Program-made: the position numbers and the translations under genes
Assembly: GCA_951406725.2 (NCBI GenBank)
Contig: OX597819.1
Span: 39,556,001 to 39,620,000 of the forward strand
Reading direction: 5' to 3'
Source: Octopus vulgaris
Lineage: Eukaryota
Length of the DNA: 64,000 nt
The notes under the pieces: generated by a model
What the model saw: the letters and a program-made list of their open reading frames with translations, nothing else
Databases searched by the model: none
Told to the model about the DNA's origin: nothing
Part shown: piece after piece, positions 14,908 to 29,330 of the stretch
Numbering within the stretch: the first letter of the stretch is position 1
Layout of the letters: the number at the start of each line of letters is the position of its first letter

Positions 14908-15085
14908 CAGTTCTATATTTAAGAGATGAGGAATTATGTACAGTTATTTGACCTCATCTTGTTTGTTGTTAACACAACGTTTCAGCTGATATACTCTCCA
15001 GCCTTCATCAGGTGTCTTGGAAAAATTTCGAACCTGGTTTCTCATTCCTAAGGTATTTTTCGATGTTATTAATATTATCATTATA
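14908..15085 (-). mobile_element. Penelope-like pseudo-LTR fragment carrying a hammerhead-like motif
   Basis: Repeated at 11910; partial inverted copy at 16090-16142; contains a CUGAUGA...GAAAC core. Confidence 0.6.
14971..15016 (-). ncRNA. putative type I hammerhead ribozyme motif
   Basis: Minus strand GACAC-CUGAUGA-A-GGCUG(GAGAGUAUAU)CAGCU-GAAAC-GUU-GUGUU: helix I 5 bp, helix II 5 bp, palindromic helix III, NUH triplet. Confidence 0.6.
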
Positions 15086-15086
15086 T

Positions 15087-15161
15087 GCCGTGGCATATGG
15101 CGTAGTGGTTAAGAGCGCGGGTTACTAACCCAAAGATTCCGAATTCGATTCCAGGAAGTGA

Positions 15162-15166
<5 letters not shown>
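15087..15166 (+). mobile_element. short tRNA-like SINE head with (AAT)n tail
   Basis: TGGCGTAGTGGTTAAGAGCG (A box) and GAATTCGATTCC (B box); no convincing acceptor stem; followed directly by (AAT)n. Confidence 0.6.
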
Positions 15167-15239
<73 letters not shown>

Positions 15240-16025
15240 GACCAAAACTTATTAACCCGGAACTACCAAGCCAGTGTGATAAAAACATGGAGCTGACCTA
15301 AAATGCCGATTCTGTAACGATGAGATTGAAACTATAGACCACCTAATCTCAGGGTATAGTGTCTTAGCACCTGTAGAATATAAAGCAAGACATGACAAAG
15401 TCGGACAGTATTTACACAGGACAATATGTCGGCATTATAAAATCAAAACCGCTGACAAATTATATAAACACCATTTGTCAGCGGTTTTGAAGCTGTGACT
15501 GAGGGAGAAAATGTGTCGATTCTCTGGGACTTCCCCGTACATACCGACAAAACTTTAAAAGCTAATAAACCAGATATTATTATAAAAGATCAGACATAAA
15601 AGGTGTGTTTATTAATTTATTCCTTACGATCACAATATAACGGCGAAAGAATTTGACAAGATTAGTAAATATAATGACCTGCTAATAGAAATTGAAAAAA
15701 TGTGTCATCTCAAGGCGACTATAGTACCAGTGATTGTAGGATTTCTAGGAATGATAACAAAAAGGTACTGAAAGCTATTTGAAAATGATACCAGGCTTAC
15801 CATCCAAACAGGAAGTGCATAAAATCTTGTTAACTGGAACGACTCATTATCGCAGTGAAAATAACATCCATTTATGAATTTATTTAAAAAATTTTTTAAA
15901 TACATATCTTACCTGTGAATTTGCACGTGTAATCTGGGAATGCATACAATGAGCTTCTCTGCCCTAGGCGTACGGAAAACACTCGGCGAGAAAAGGAAGA
16001 AAATTTGAAGAAAGAAGGAAAAAAA
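15240..16025 (+). mobile_element. 5'-truncated R4/Dong-like LINE 3' end (CCHC plus restriction-like endonuclease), decayed
   Basis: By-eye translation with frameshifts: DQNLLTRNYQA, KCRFCNDEIETIDHLISG, YKARHDKV, ILWDFPVHTDKTLKANKPDIIIKD, IVPVIVG; flanked by (AAT)n on both sides. Confidence 0.8.
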
Positions 16026-16026
16026 C

Positions 16027-16082
<56 letters not shown>

Positions 16083-16213
16083 TTATAATCTTATCGAAAA
16101 ATACCTTAGGAATGAGAACCCAGTTTCAAAATTTCCCCAAGAAATTATCATTATTATTATTATATACATATATTTATATATATACATAACAAAAATTTTG
16201 GGAAAATGATAAT

Positions 16214-16245
<32 letters not shown>

Positions 16246-17121
16246 CAGGCATGTATATACACATACATAGATAACATATATAAACATAATTACCTACATA
16301 CATGCATACATACCTACATGTATACATACATATCTATATATAAGTATATTTATATATATTTGCTTTTATGTTCAGTTATAATGGTAAAAACAATTTTACA
16401 TTAATGCGGTTTGCTCTATACTTTTGTAGAGAGCAAATTTATTATTCTTAAACAAGAATGTTGTTGATAGGGATTTCGAAGTTTCGGCCAGCCACGTAAT
16501 CGTTGCGCTGCAGCCCGACGATGGCTTACTTAGCTGATACTTCGAAATCATTCTCAACAACATCCTTGTTGAACTATAATACACACGCACACATACACAC
16601 ACATATATATTGCCTAGGTACTGCAAGACTAACAACCTGGTGTAGAATTCAATATACGTATGTTTCAGAACGAAGTGTTAGCCGAGTGTAGAACGGTAAT
16701 AAAAAAGAGTGATGACAGAAAAATAAATTATTATCTTATGAACTTCATTAGCTTACAGCTGTTTCTGCTACATAATTCAGTGTGACTCTCAGTTGAGTGC
16801 CGGAATAACACCTTATAGCTTCATGAACGCTCTTGTTTTATCTCCTCTCTCCTCCCGATAATCTGTTAAGTTAAGAGTAATATGTCTATGTCTGTCTGCA
16901 TGCTACCCTTTCTGCTGTTTGTGTCTATCCGCGTGTGCATATTTATATGCATATCTGCGTATGCGCTTATATATCTATAATGTATTTGCATAAAAAATCT
17001 GCATAAAGTGGAAGTAGATATTCACAAATCAATAGACACAGAAAGCTGGCCATCAGATCACCAGAACATCATGGTTACACCAATGATTCAATGGGAGTGA
17101 AGCTTGGTGTATTCATACAAG

Positions 17122-17550
17122 GGCGCAGGAGTGGCTGTGTGGTAAGTAGCTTGCTTACCAACCACATGGTTCCGAGTTCAGTCCCATTGCGTGCCACCTT
17201 GGGCAAGTGTCTTCTACTATAGCCTCGGGCTGACCAAAGCCTTGTGAGTGGATTTGGTAGACGGAAACTGAAAGTAGCCCGTCGTATATATATATATATA
17301 TGTATGCGTGTGTGTGTGTATGTGTGTTTGTGTGTCTATGTTTGTCTCCCTGACATCGCTTGACAACAGATGCTGGTGTGTTTACGTTCCCGTCACTTAG
17401 CAGTTCGGCAAGAGATCCGATAGAATAAGTACTAGGCTTACAAAGAATAAGTCCTGGGGTCGATTTGCTGGACTAAAGGCAGTGCTATAGCATGGCCGCA
17501 GTCAAATGACTGAAACAAGTAAAAGAATAAAAGAATAAAAGAAAAGAATA
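17122..17550 (+). mobile_element. SINE family A, full length
   Basis: A/B boxes, CACCTTGGGCAAGT core-like block, internal (TA)/(TG), tail GACTGAAACAAGTAAAAGA(ATAAAAGA)n. Confidence 0.9.
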
Positions 17551-17773
17551 CTGTCGAAGGATAGGGATGTCTTTCAGCGACACATCTATAAGTAGTTTCT
17601 CAATCATTGTAAGTGAGCCAGCCACTAAAGCGTTCGGGACGTTTATGAGTAGCGCAGAATAAATTCGTTGTGCGGTTATCACGAATAGCTCCTTTAGACC
17701 AGCATAATGTAGAGTTCCAGGCAACTGAAATCCAGGAGATCCGATCAATTCAATTATTTCATGAGTATATAAA

Positions 17774-17960
17774 CCAAGGGTTTTCAACCAGTTTTTATTT
17801 ATAAACCCACTTGATTACTATTTTATTGTGGTGAACCTCCTTGGCCTTCCGAGTTTTGTAGAAAGTTCTTTCAAAATTCTTATTTTGCTTTTCACTCATT
17901 CGGTTATGTAGGCTGAACTTTGTAAAATGTTAGAGAAAAAACCCCAGCTGTTTCTTGCAA
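17774..17960. mobile_element. partial hAT-type MITE related to 51274-52144
   Basis: CAAGGGTTTTCAACCAGTTTTT...TTGATTACTATTTTATT resembles the left end at 51274. Confidence 0.45.
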
Positions 17961-18287
17961 TACATATATATGTATATAAATAAATAGAGCGACAGAAGCA
18001 GTATTAATACTAAAAGATATTAATCACATAATCTGGAAGTCCTGGCAGCGAAAGCAGCGGTGATTGTATGCTGCAGGCAGTAGCTATGATGTGCTTCAAT
18101 GCATCAAAAACCGTATGAGAGTTCTTCTCTTTTGGTAAATATCGCAGTATTTCTGAGTTCTAACGCCACATCCACCTTTAAATATGCACTCTACTAAAAA
18201 ATGTTAAGTAAACCTTCAGTTTAATATTAAACTGTTCGTATACATAACTTGACATAAAAATAGACGTTATCATAATGTGTATATATT

Positions 18288-18487
18288 AAGGCATCGAGCT
18301 GGCAGAATCGTTAGCACGCCGGACAAAAATTCTCTCGAGGCATTTCGTCGAACTTTTTGTTCTGAGTTCAAATTCTGAGAAGATGGATCTTACCTTTCAT
18401 CCTTTCGGGGTCGATAAAATAAAGCACTAGGGTTGATGTAATCGACTCATCATCTTCTCACAAATTGCTGGCCTTGTGCCAAATTTG
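18288..18487 (+). mobile_element. SINE family B, divergent
   Basis: Head and central block present. Confidence 0.75.
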
Positions 18488-18491
18488 TATG

Positions 18492-18522
<31 letters not shown>

Positions 18523-18530
18523 TACATATA

Positions 18531-20132
18531 CAGTTGCTGCTAAAATGTTCAGAACGACATTGTTTTCGTCAGAAAAGTAAGTATAAGTTTTTATCAAAGT
18601 AGTTTTATATTCTATAATTTTCACAGACAATAAATACAATATTAATTGTTATTGTCTGAGATTTTGGTGTAATTTGAGAATATAATACAAAAGTTATAGA
18701 TGATTTAGGGATTTACTGCAAAACCCATGGCGGCCAAAATGATCAGAACGGTTGAAAAAATAACAAAATAATCAAAAATGACAGAGAATACTGGAATTAT
18801 TTAATATTTAGTGTGAAGCCCTTTAGCTCCAATCACACTCTGACATCTTCGACTGCATGAGGAAATTAAATTTTCAATTTCTTGCTGGGTGATCTTATTC
18901 CATTCTTCCTGAAGGGCATTCCATAACTGCTCAGTTGTTTTAGGATTTCTGGCTTTCGAACATTCTCCTAGAATATTCCATACATTTTCAATAGGATTGA
19001 GATCTGGGCTTTGAGCAGGCCAATCCATAGCAATAACCTTTTCAGCCTTGAGGAAGTTCATGACCACCTTAGCCTTGTGACATGGGGCATTGTCCTGCAT
19101 GAATATGGGTGGTCGCTTAGTTGAATTTCTCAGCACAGGCAAGACATGATCTTTTACAAGTTGTTTATAAACTCCTGCATTTACCTTTCCATGTAATCGC
19201 ACCAAAGGGCCCACATCATTTCCAGATATCATCCCCCAAACCATGACACTTCCTCCACCGAATTTAACACTAGTCTTAAGGCATTTAGGCGACAATTTTT
19301 CACCTACTTTTCTACGAACGTATTTTTTCCCATCTGAGCCAAATAACATAAACTTAGATTCATCACGGAAATGCACCGTTTGCCATTTTTCTTGAGACCA
19401 CAACACATGTTCGGTTGCAAAGGTAAGACAACACTTTTTATTCTTGGAGCTGATCAGTGGCTTCACTGCAAGTGCTCTTGCTTGTAGGTCATGTTCAACT
19501 AAACGACGAGACACAGTTTTTCGAGATAAAGTTTTCTTCAATACAATGCTCATTTTCCGAGAAACAGCAGCAGCAGTTTTAAATCTGTCCTTTTTAACCA
19601 ACTTTACCATAGCACGATCTTCTCTCTTGGCCGTTTTTCTTGGCCTACCTGTAAACTTTCTTGCTTCACACAAACCACAATCATCGTAGACCTTAAGAAT
19701 ACCGTGTACAACACTTTTTCACTTGTTAACAATCTTTGCAATAGATCCAATACTTAAATTATCCTTCCTTCGAAGCTTAATAATCTGCTGACGAATTGGT
19801 AACGAAGTAAGTGGCATTATATTAACAGAGTACACTGCAAATATTCTTACTAATGTTTAATAAACGAACCGTCACGTAAACAAATTCAAAACATTAAAGT
19901 TCGCCGGTTATATATACTAAAACACGGAGTTAAAGCAACTGTTCTGATCATTTTGGCCGCCATGGGTTTTGCAGTAAATCAGTAAATCATCCATAACTTT
20001 TGTATTATCCTCTCAAATTACAACAAAATCTCAGGCAATAACAAATAATATCGTATTTATTGTCTTTAATAAAAGCTTATACTTACTTTTCTGACGAAAA
20101 CAATGCCGTTCTGAACATTTTGGCCGCCACTG
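18531..20132 (-). mobile_element. full-length Tc1-family DNA transposon with IR/DR ends
   Basis: TA|CAGT...ACTG|TA ends; long TIRs 18531-18749 and 19941-20132, each with outer and inner direct repeats (TGGCGGCCAAAATGWTCAGAAC; left outer copy is diverged); internal transposase. Confidence 0.95.
18801..19817 (-). pseudogene. Tc1-like DD34E transposase, 338 codons with one in-frame TGA at codon 33
   Basis: ATG at 19817 is in frame with ORF 18801-19673; GRPRK linker, FRDESKF, QDNAPCH, WPAQSPDLNPIENVW (34 residues between D and E); stop at 19719-19721. Confidence 0.93.
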
Positions 20133-20359
20133 TACATATAAATTTATTTATATATATACATATATTCATACTGTATGAATTCATGTATCTATTGCAACAC
20201 TTGAATTATAATTTACATTAAGCACGCGCGTGTACAGTTGTACATACATGCATGGACTCAAATATAAATATAATATAATACAATATATTTATACTATAAA
20301 ATTGGATTTAATCCTAAATCTGATTTTTCCCTGTAAGTTTGGATTTTTCCCTAATATTT

Positions 20360-20406
<47 letters not shown>

Positions 20407-20656
20407 ACATATTATGTATATATATAGCGTTGCTATTATGTTAAACTGTCGTATGTCCAAATTTAGGCAAATGCGAAATTTTTAAGTATGCATTTCTACT
20501 TGCAATAGCCGGTTCTTTTGGTCAAATTACCGTACCTCAAGCTGCTTTGGATGCCAAGATATCAAAAATTGTCTAAGTGTAGTACAACGGTTTTGTTTTG
20601 AAATGGTGAAACTATTTCTTCGTTTTCCGAAAAGACACTTTTGCATAATAACAACA

Positions 20657-20711
<55 letters not shown>

Positions 20712-20714
<3 letters not shown>

Positions 20715-20915
20715 GCGTGTGTACAGTTGGCGATTTTTTGTCTCCGTCTTCCCTTCTTTAGATCTCTCCTTTTCCTAAGTTTCTGACGAAGAGCTCCGCT
20801 CGAAACGTTAAACCCTCCTTCTTTCCTTCTTTCTTGAGCGTCCAAAATACTATACATGTTCCACGTCCTCGCGTTGTTGTGTTTACTCTTTTTGCTTTCA
20901 TGTTTGGATTAACTA
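20712..20915 (+). mobile_element. Penelope-like terminal fragment with hammerhead-like motif
   Basis: Homologous (opposite orientation) to 56257-56458; embedded in (TA)n. Confidence 0.6.
20779..20813 (+). ncRNA. putative compact type I hammerhead ribozyme motif
   Basis: GUUU-CUGACGA-A-GAGC(UCC)GCUC-GAAAC-GUU-AAAC. Confidence 0.55.
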
Positions 20916-20990
20916 TACATATATATATATATATATATATTACATTTTATAAAGGGCTTAGTAAAATAAATTACTTTGCCACAATTGTTG

Positions 20991-21032
<42 letters not shown>

Positions 21033-21496
21033 ATACATACCTATACGTATCTATGTATCTATTGCAACACTTGAATTATAATTTACATTAAGTACGCGCG
21101 TGTACAGTTGTACATACATGCATGGACTCAAATATAAATATGTACAATACTCTCAAAACAAGCCTGTCATATGTAAGCAAGGACAGAGATTTGGAGAGAG
21201 AGAGAGAGAGAGAGAGAGGGATAGTAAGAAAGAGAGAGGGATAGTAAGAGTGAGAGAGGGATAGTTAGAGAGAGTGAGATTTTGAAGGTGAGAAGAGAAA
21301 GTAAAAAATAAGAAGGAAATAGAAAGTGAGGTAGTGACAGATTCTGTGTGTATGAGTGTGTGTGTGTGTGTGTGTGTATGAATGGTATTTATTTTATAAT
21401 ATATGTTAATGTTGGAACATCATACCACAATACTTAATCTTATAACGTGATAGGTTTATTATCGATCACAGCAGTAAGACTACCCCAAACGCAGAT

Positions 21497-21535
<39 letters not shown>

Positions 21536-21594
21536 GTAATATTAATAATAATAATAATAACAACAATAATACTAATATAAAAATAATTACAACA

Positions 21595-21647
<53 letters not shown>

Positions 21648-21739
21648 CATTATTATTATTAATATTATAATTATTATTATTATTATTATTATTATTATAA
21701 TTATCATCATCATCATCATCATTATCATTATTATTATTA

Positions 21740-21794
<55 letters not shown>

Positions 21795-21823
21795 CATTAT
21801 TATTATTAATATTATTATTATTA
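21497..21823. repeat. (AAT)n then (ATT)n/(ATC)n head-to-head trinucleotide tract
   Basis: Directly visible. Confidence 0.9.
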
Positions 21824-21964
21824 AGAGAGCCTTATAAATTTACTGGCAAATGTTCTGTTCTCTTTCTCCTGTTTATCACCGCCTGTACACAGTGCATGCG
21901 TGTATGCATGTGGGTGCATGTTAATAGTGTGTACATATGTTGTGTAGAATTAACACGATTCTGA

Positions 21965-25190
<3,226 letters not shown>

Positions 25191-25974
25191 ATATGCACAG
25201 CTGTGTTTGCATAATCAAACCCACCATGATGCATTTAATGCACAAATGGATTTACCTCTGTTCTTTCTTCATACTCTAATATTCCGTAGGTAACATACAT
25301 GTTTAAATTCAATCTACGTTTCTCAATGCTATTTATTCCTATTCTATTGTTAACACTTTCTATAGAACTTCTGTTGTTTCTAAATATACGTTATTGAACC
25401 AAGTTGTAATTAATTCGAACTTACAGTCGAGATAGAAATTGTAGTTGGTTAACAATTCTGTTATAGACTTACGTATATTAATGACACTCCTCCGCTATTT
25501 ACTTCATGACCGGAGTTTAGCTGGCGGTTAGCACAATGTTACATACGTGTGTTGATGTTACTGCTGTTGTTGTTATTTTCCTTGTTATTAGTTGTAGTTG
25601 TGATGGAAGGTTCCGGTGAATCCCCACGCTATGTTCTTAACAAGGGGCAAAATGGGCTTGGTAAGCAAAATGTTAATATACTACGGTAAGATTTCTGCCA
25701 CCGAAGTCCATGTACCCCAATGAGCTCGCCAAGAGAAATTGTGGGAATGTGTGAAATTTGTAGAAACCCTGAATTTTTGAGTAATCTCAAATAAACTTAG
25801 AACAACTCATGTGCCGAGAGAACGTGAAAAGTGCTCTTTGCTGTTCCCCTCTGTTTAAGTTTTTAGCCCTGTTTGTAACCAGAAATAAATCTCATGCGAG
25901 ACTTGACTTTCAACTGCGAATTATATATGTACCTCCCTGAAACTATGCGTAGAATTGAGTTTCAAAGAGTTATA

Positions 25975-26185
25975 CAGGGTGTCCCAAAAGTCGCGCACCA
26001 TTCTAATTTTCATTAAAAATAATTAAAGCATTTTATTTTATTATATTTTTTTTCGGCATCTTTTATTGTAGAGGGTGCTCAATTTGAGCATTTGTTATGA
26101 TTAATTTCAATAACGTGTTTTTGAAATCAGTAAGAGTGTATTCCTTTAAAAAACCACGGTGGTGCGCAACTTCTGGGACACCCTG
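25975..26185. mobile_element. Tc1/mariner MITE
   Basis: TA|CAGGGTGTCCCAAAAGTCGCGCACCA ... TGGTGCGCAACTTCTGGGACACCCTG|TA. Confidence 0.85.
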
Positions 26186-26193
26186 TATATATA

Positions 26194-26427
26194 TGTTTCT
26201 TTATTACCCACAAGGGGCTACACACAGAGGGGACAAACAAGGACACACAAACGAATTAAGTCGATTACATCGACCCCAGTGCGTAACTGGTACTTATTTA
26301 ATCGACCCCGAAAGGATGAAAGGCAAAGTCGACTTCGGCGGAATTTGAACTCAGAACGTAACGGCAGACGAAATACGGCTACGCATTTCGCCCAGCGTGC
26401 TAACGTTTCTGCCAGCTCGCCGCCTTT
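26194..26427 (-). mobile_element. SINE family B with 17-bp target-site duplication
   Basis: GACACCCTGTATATATA at 26177-26193 and 26428-26444; it duplicates the MITE's right end. Confidence 0.9.
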
Positions 26428-26834
26428 GACACCCTGTATATATAATCTAAGGTATATATATAAATCCATCTAATTAAACATTAAACATTTCTTACCTAAG
26501 AACAAAGCCCAGAATTCTGGAAAAGGGAAACATGATGCTATCAGTCTCAGTACTTGACTACTACCCTATATCATTGACCTCCAGAGGGCAAAAGGCGATG
26601 TTTACCACGGCGCGATTTGAAAACTTTCTAAATGAAATTGTATTACTTATAAGTAATATCTGTCAATTGTTTGTTCTATGGTATTTAACCATTTCGTAAT
26701 AGGGCACGCCAACACTGCTGGACATGTAGGGGTAAGTCAGGAGAAAGAATTTGCAAGTCCCTTCGTTAGTGTGTAACACGAGCTAAATTGGCTGTTATTC
26801 TATCATGTTAAGCAACCGAATGATGGCTTAGTTA

Positions 26835-27051
26835 CTCTTTTACTTGTTTCAGTCATTTGACTGGGGCCATGCTGGAGCACCGCTTTTAGTCGAGCAAATC
26901 GTCCCCCAGGACATTCTTTGTAAGCCTAGTACTTATTCTATCGGTCTCTTTTGCCGAACCGCTACGTTACGCGGACGTAAACACATCAGCATCGTTGTCA
27001 AGCTATGTTGGGGGAACAAACACAGACATACAAACATATATACACACATAC

Positions 27052-27128
<77 letters not shown>

Positions 27129-27347
27129 AAATAATGAGGGATATAAATTGAATATTAATTTAATTCATATCATTTTAAAACCAGTAGCCTAGCATATAAA
27201 AAATTCTGAAAAATCAGAAATTTCAATACATGTGTATATTTAGGGCTAAAACCACTAGGTTGATAAACATACACTAGAAGAAGATCACATACGATCTAAC
27301 TACAAAGAAAGAATGTTCTCTGAATAACCTAGTGGTTTTAGCCCTAA

Positions 27348-27431
<84 letters not shown>

Positions 27432-27593
27432 GACGGGCTTCTTTCCGTTTCCGTCTACCAAATCCACTCACAAGTCTTTGGTAGGCCCGAGGCTATATTA
27501 GAAGACACTTGCCCAAGGTGCCACGCAGTGGGACTGAACCCGGAACCATGTGGTTCGTTAGCAAGCTACTTACCACACAGCCACACCTACGCC
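26835..27593 (-). mobile_element. SINE family A split by an insertion in its internal microsatellite
   Basis: 3' half 26835-27035, 5' half 27429-27593, foreign sequence at about 27120-27350. Confidence 0.85.
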
Positions 27594-28129
27594 TAGGTTT
27601 TCTTTTACCTTTTACCTAGTTGCTGGTTTTCTTTTACCTTTTGATTCGAACTGAGATTTTGAGTATAGGTCGCATGCGTTGGCTTGTTTGTAACCATTCA
27701 GTTCACGTTAAACTATTCCCACAATTACCAGTCATTAAGTTTGAAAACATTCTTGCCTTAAGTGTCATTCTTTAAGGGTCATTGCTACATAAGGCGAATT
27801 TGTAAAAATAATAATAATTGGTTATCTATACTGTGAACAGCGAGGTATGAAACGATGACTGACATATTTATTCCTAATTCAAACGCAAATATGCATATAG
27901 TTGTTGTGTACGTCACAGATAAATAGCCTCTCATTTTTTCCGACTGGGTGTTTATAGCACATTGGATTCATTAGTGCAAGTTATCCTGGTGATTGCTTGC
28001 ATAAGTGATTCCAGGAATCCCTTGCATAGTCGTCGTAACAAAGGAGCAGTTGTTCTCCTGTAACGTACACAACAGCGTTTAGCATATCTGCGTTCGAATC
28101 TAAAGCAACGTATTAAGAAGAAATATATA

Positions 28130-28303
28130 TTTCTTTACTGCCCACAAGGGGCTAAACATAAAGGGAACAAACAAGGACAGACAAAGGGATTAAGTCGATT
28201 ATATCGACCCCAGTGCGTAACTGGTACTTTATTTATCGACCCCGAAAGGAGGAAAGGCAAAGTCGACCTCGGCGGAATTTGAACTCAGAACGTAACGACA
28301 GAC
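28130..28303 (-). mobile_element. SINE family B, 5' truncated
   Basis: Tail and central block present. Confidence 0.85.
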
Positions 28304-28549
28304 AGCCGTAAAAGGAAATATTTTGCAACAGGAAATACCACTTTTGTCAGATTGTCATTCTCAGGTTTTCATCAGTTTAACGAAAATCATACACCCCTTA
28401 AGAATCGTCAATGGGCTACTTATAGTATTTCTGGTTATATGATATTTCTGGAACTAATGTGACGTCAATTTGGAGAGTTAATTTTCACATATAACCAAAG
28501 GACATTTCTTGAAAAGCAAGGGAACAGAAATGCATATCCATATCTGTAT

Positions 28550-28612
<63 letters not shown>

Positions 28613-28760
28613 ACATACACACACACACTCAGAGTTTCGAATTTTTTTATGGTTTTCAGGGTTGCTTTACAAGCATAGAACTGTATTATTTGCGACCCCT
28701 CTTTTCGTGATAACTTTAGATTAGTTGTGTGAAAGGGAATATCATATTTTGGGACTGACT

Positions 28761-28945
28761 AAGGCGGTAAGCTGGCGGGATCGTTAGTGCGATGGACAAA
28801 ATGCTTGGCAGCATTTCTTCCGGACCTTTACGTTCTGAGTTCAAATTCTGCCGAGGTCGACTTCGCCCTTTTTCTTTTCGGAGTCGAGTAAATAAAGTAA
28901 TGGGGTCGATATAATTGATTTGTCCCTCCCCTCAAAATTGTTGCC
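28761..28945 (+). mobile_element. SINE family B, divergent
   Basis: AAGGCGGTAAGCTGGCGGGATCGTTAG...GAGTTCAAATTC. Confidence 0.75.
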
Positions 28946-28982
28946 CATGTATTTATGTATGCATGCATGTATGTATCTTTTA

Positions 28983-29185
28983 TCTTTTACTTGTTTCAGT
29001 CATTACACTGCAACCATCCTGGGACATCGCCTTGAAGTATTTTCAGTCGAATGAATCAACTCCAATATTTTTAAAGCCTGGTATTTATTCTATCAGTCTC
29101 CTTTGCTGATCCTCTAAGGCACGAGGACATAAACACACCAACACCGATTGTCAAGGAGTGGTAGGAGACAACTACACACACACAC

Positions 29186-29223
<38 letters not shown>

Positions 29224-29330
29224 GACAGGGTCGGCCCGAGGTTATAATAGAAGACACCTGCCCAAGGTGCCATGCAGTGGGGCTGAACTCCAAACAATGT
29301 GACTGGGAAGGTCTTACCAAACAGCTACGT
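28983..29330 (-). mobile_element. SINE family A, divergent
   Basis: Tail CTTTTACTTGTTTCAGTCATT and core TGCCCAAGGTGCC on the plus strand. Confidence 0.7.

Noticed and set aside
15087-15166. tRNA gene
   Set aside because: A and B boxes are present, but there is no good acceptor stem or poly-T terminator; the (AAT)n tail indicates a SINE.
17485-17787. 100-aa minus-strand ORF as a host exon
   Set aside because: Non-ATG start, both ends lie in repeats, and no recognisable motif.
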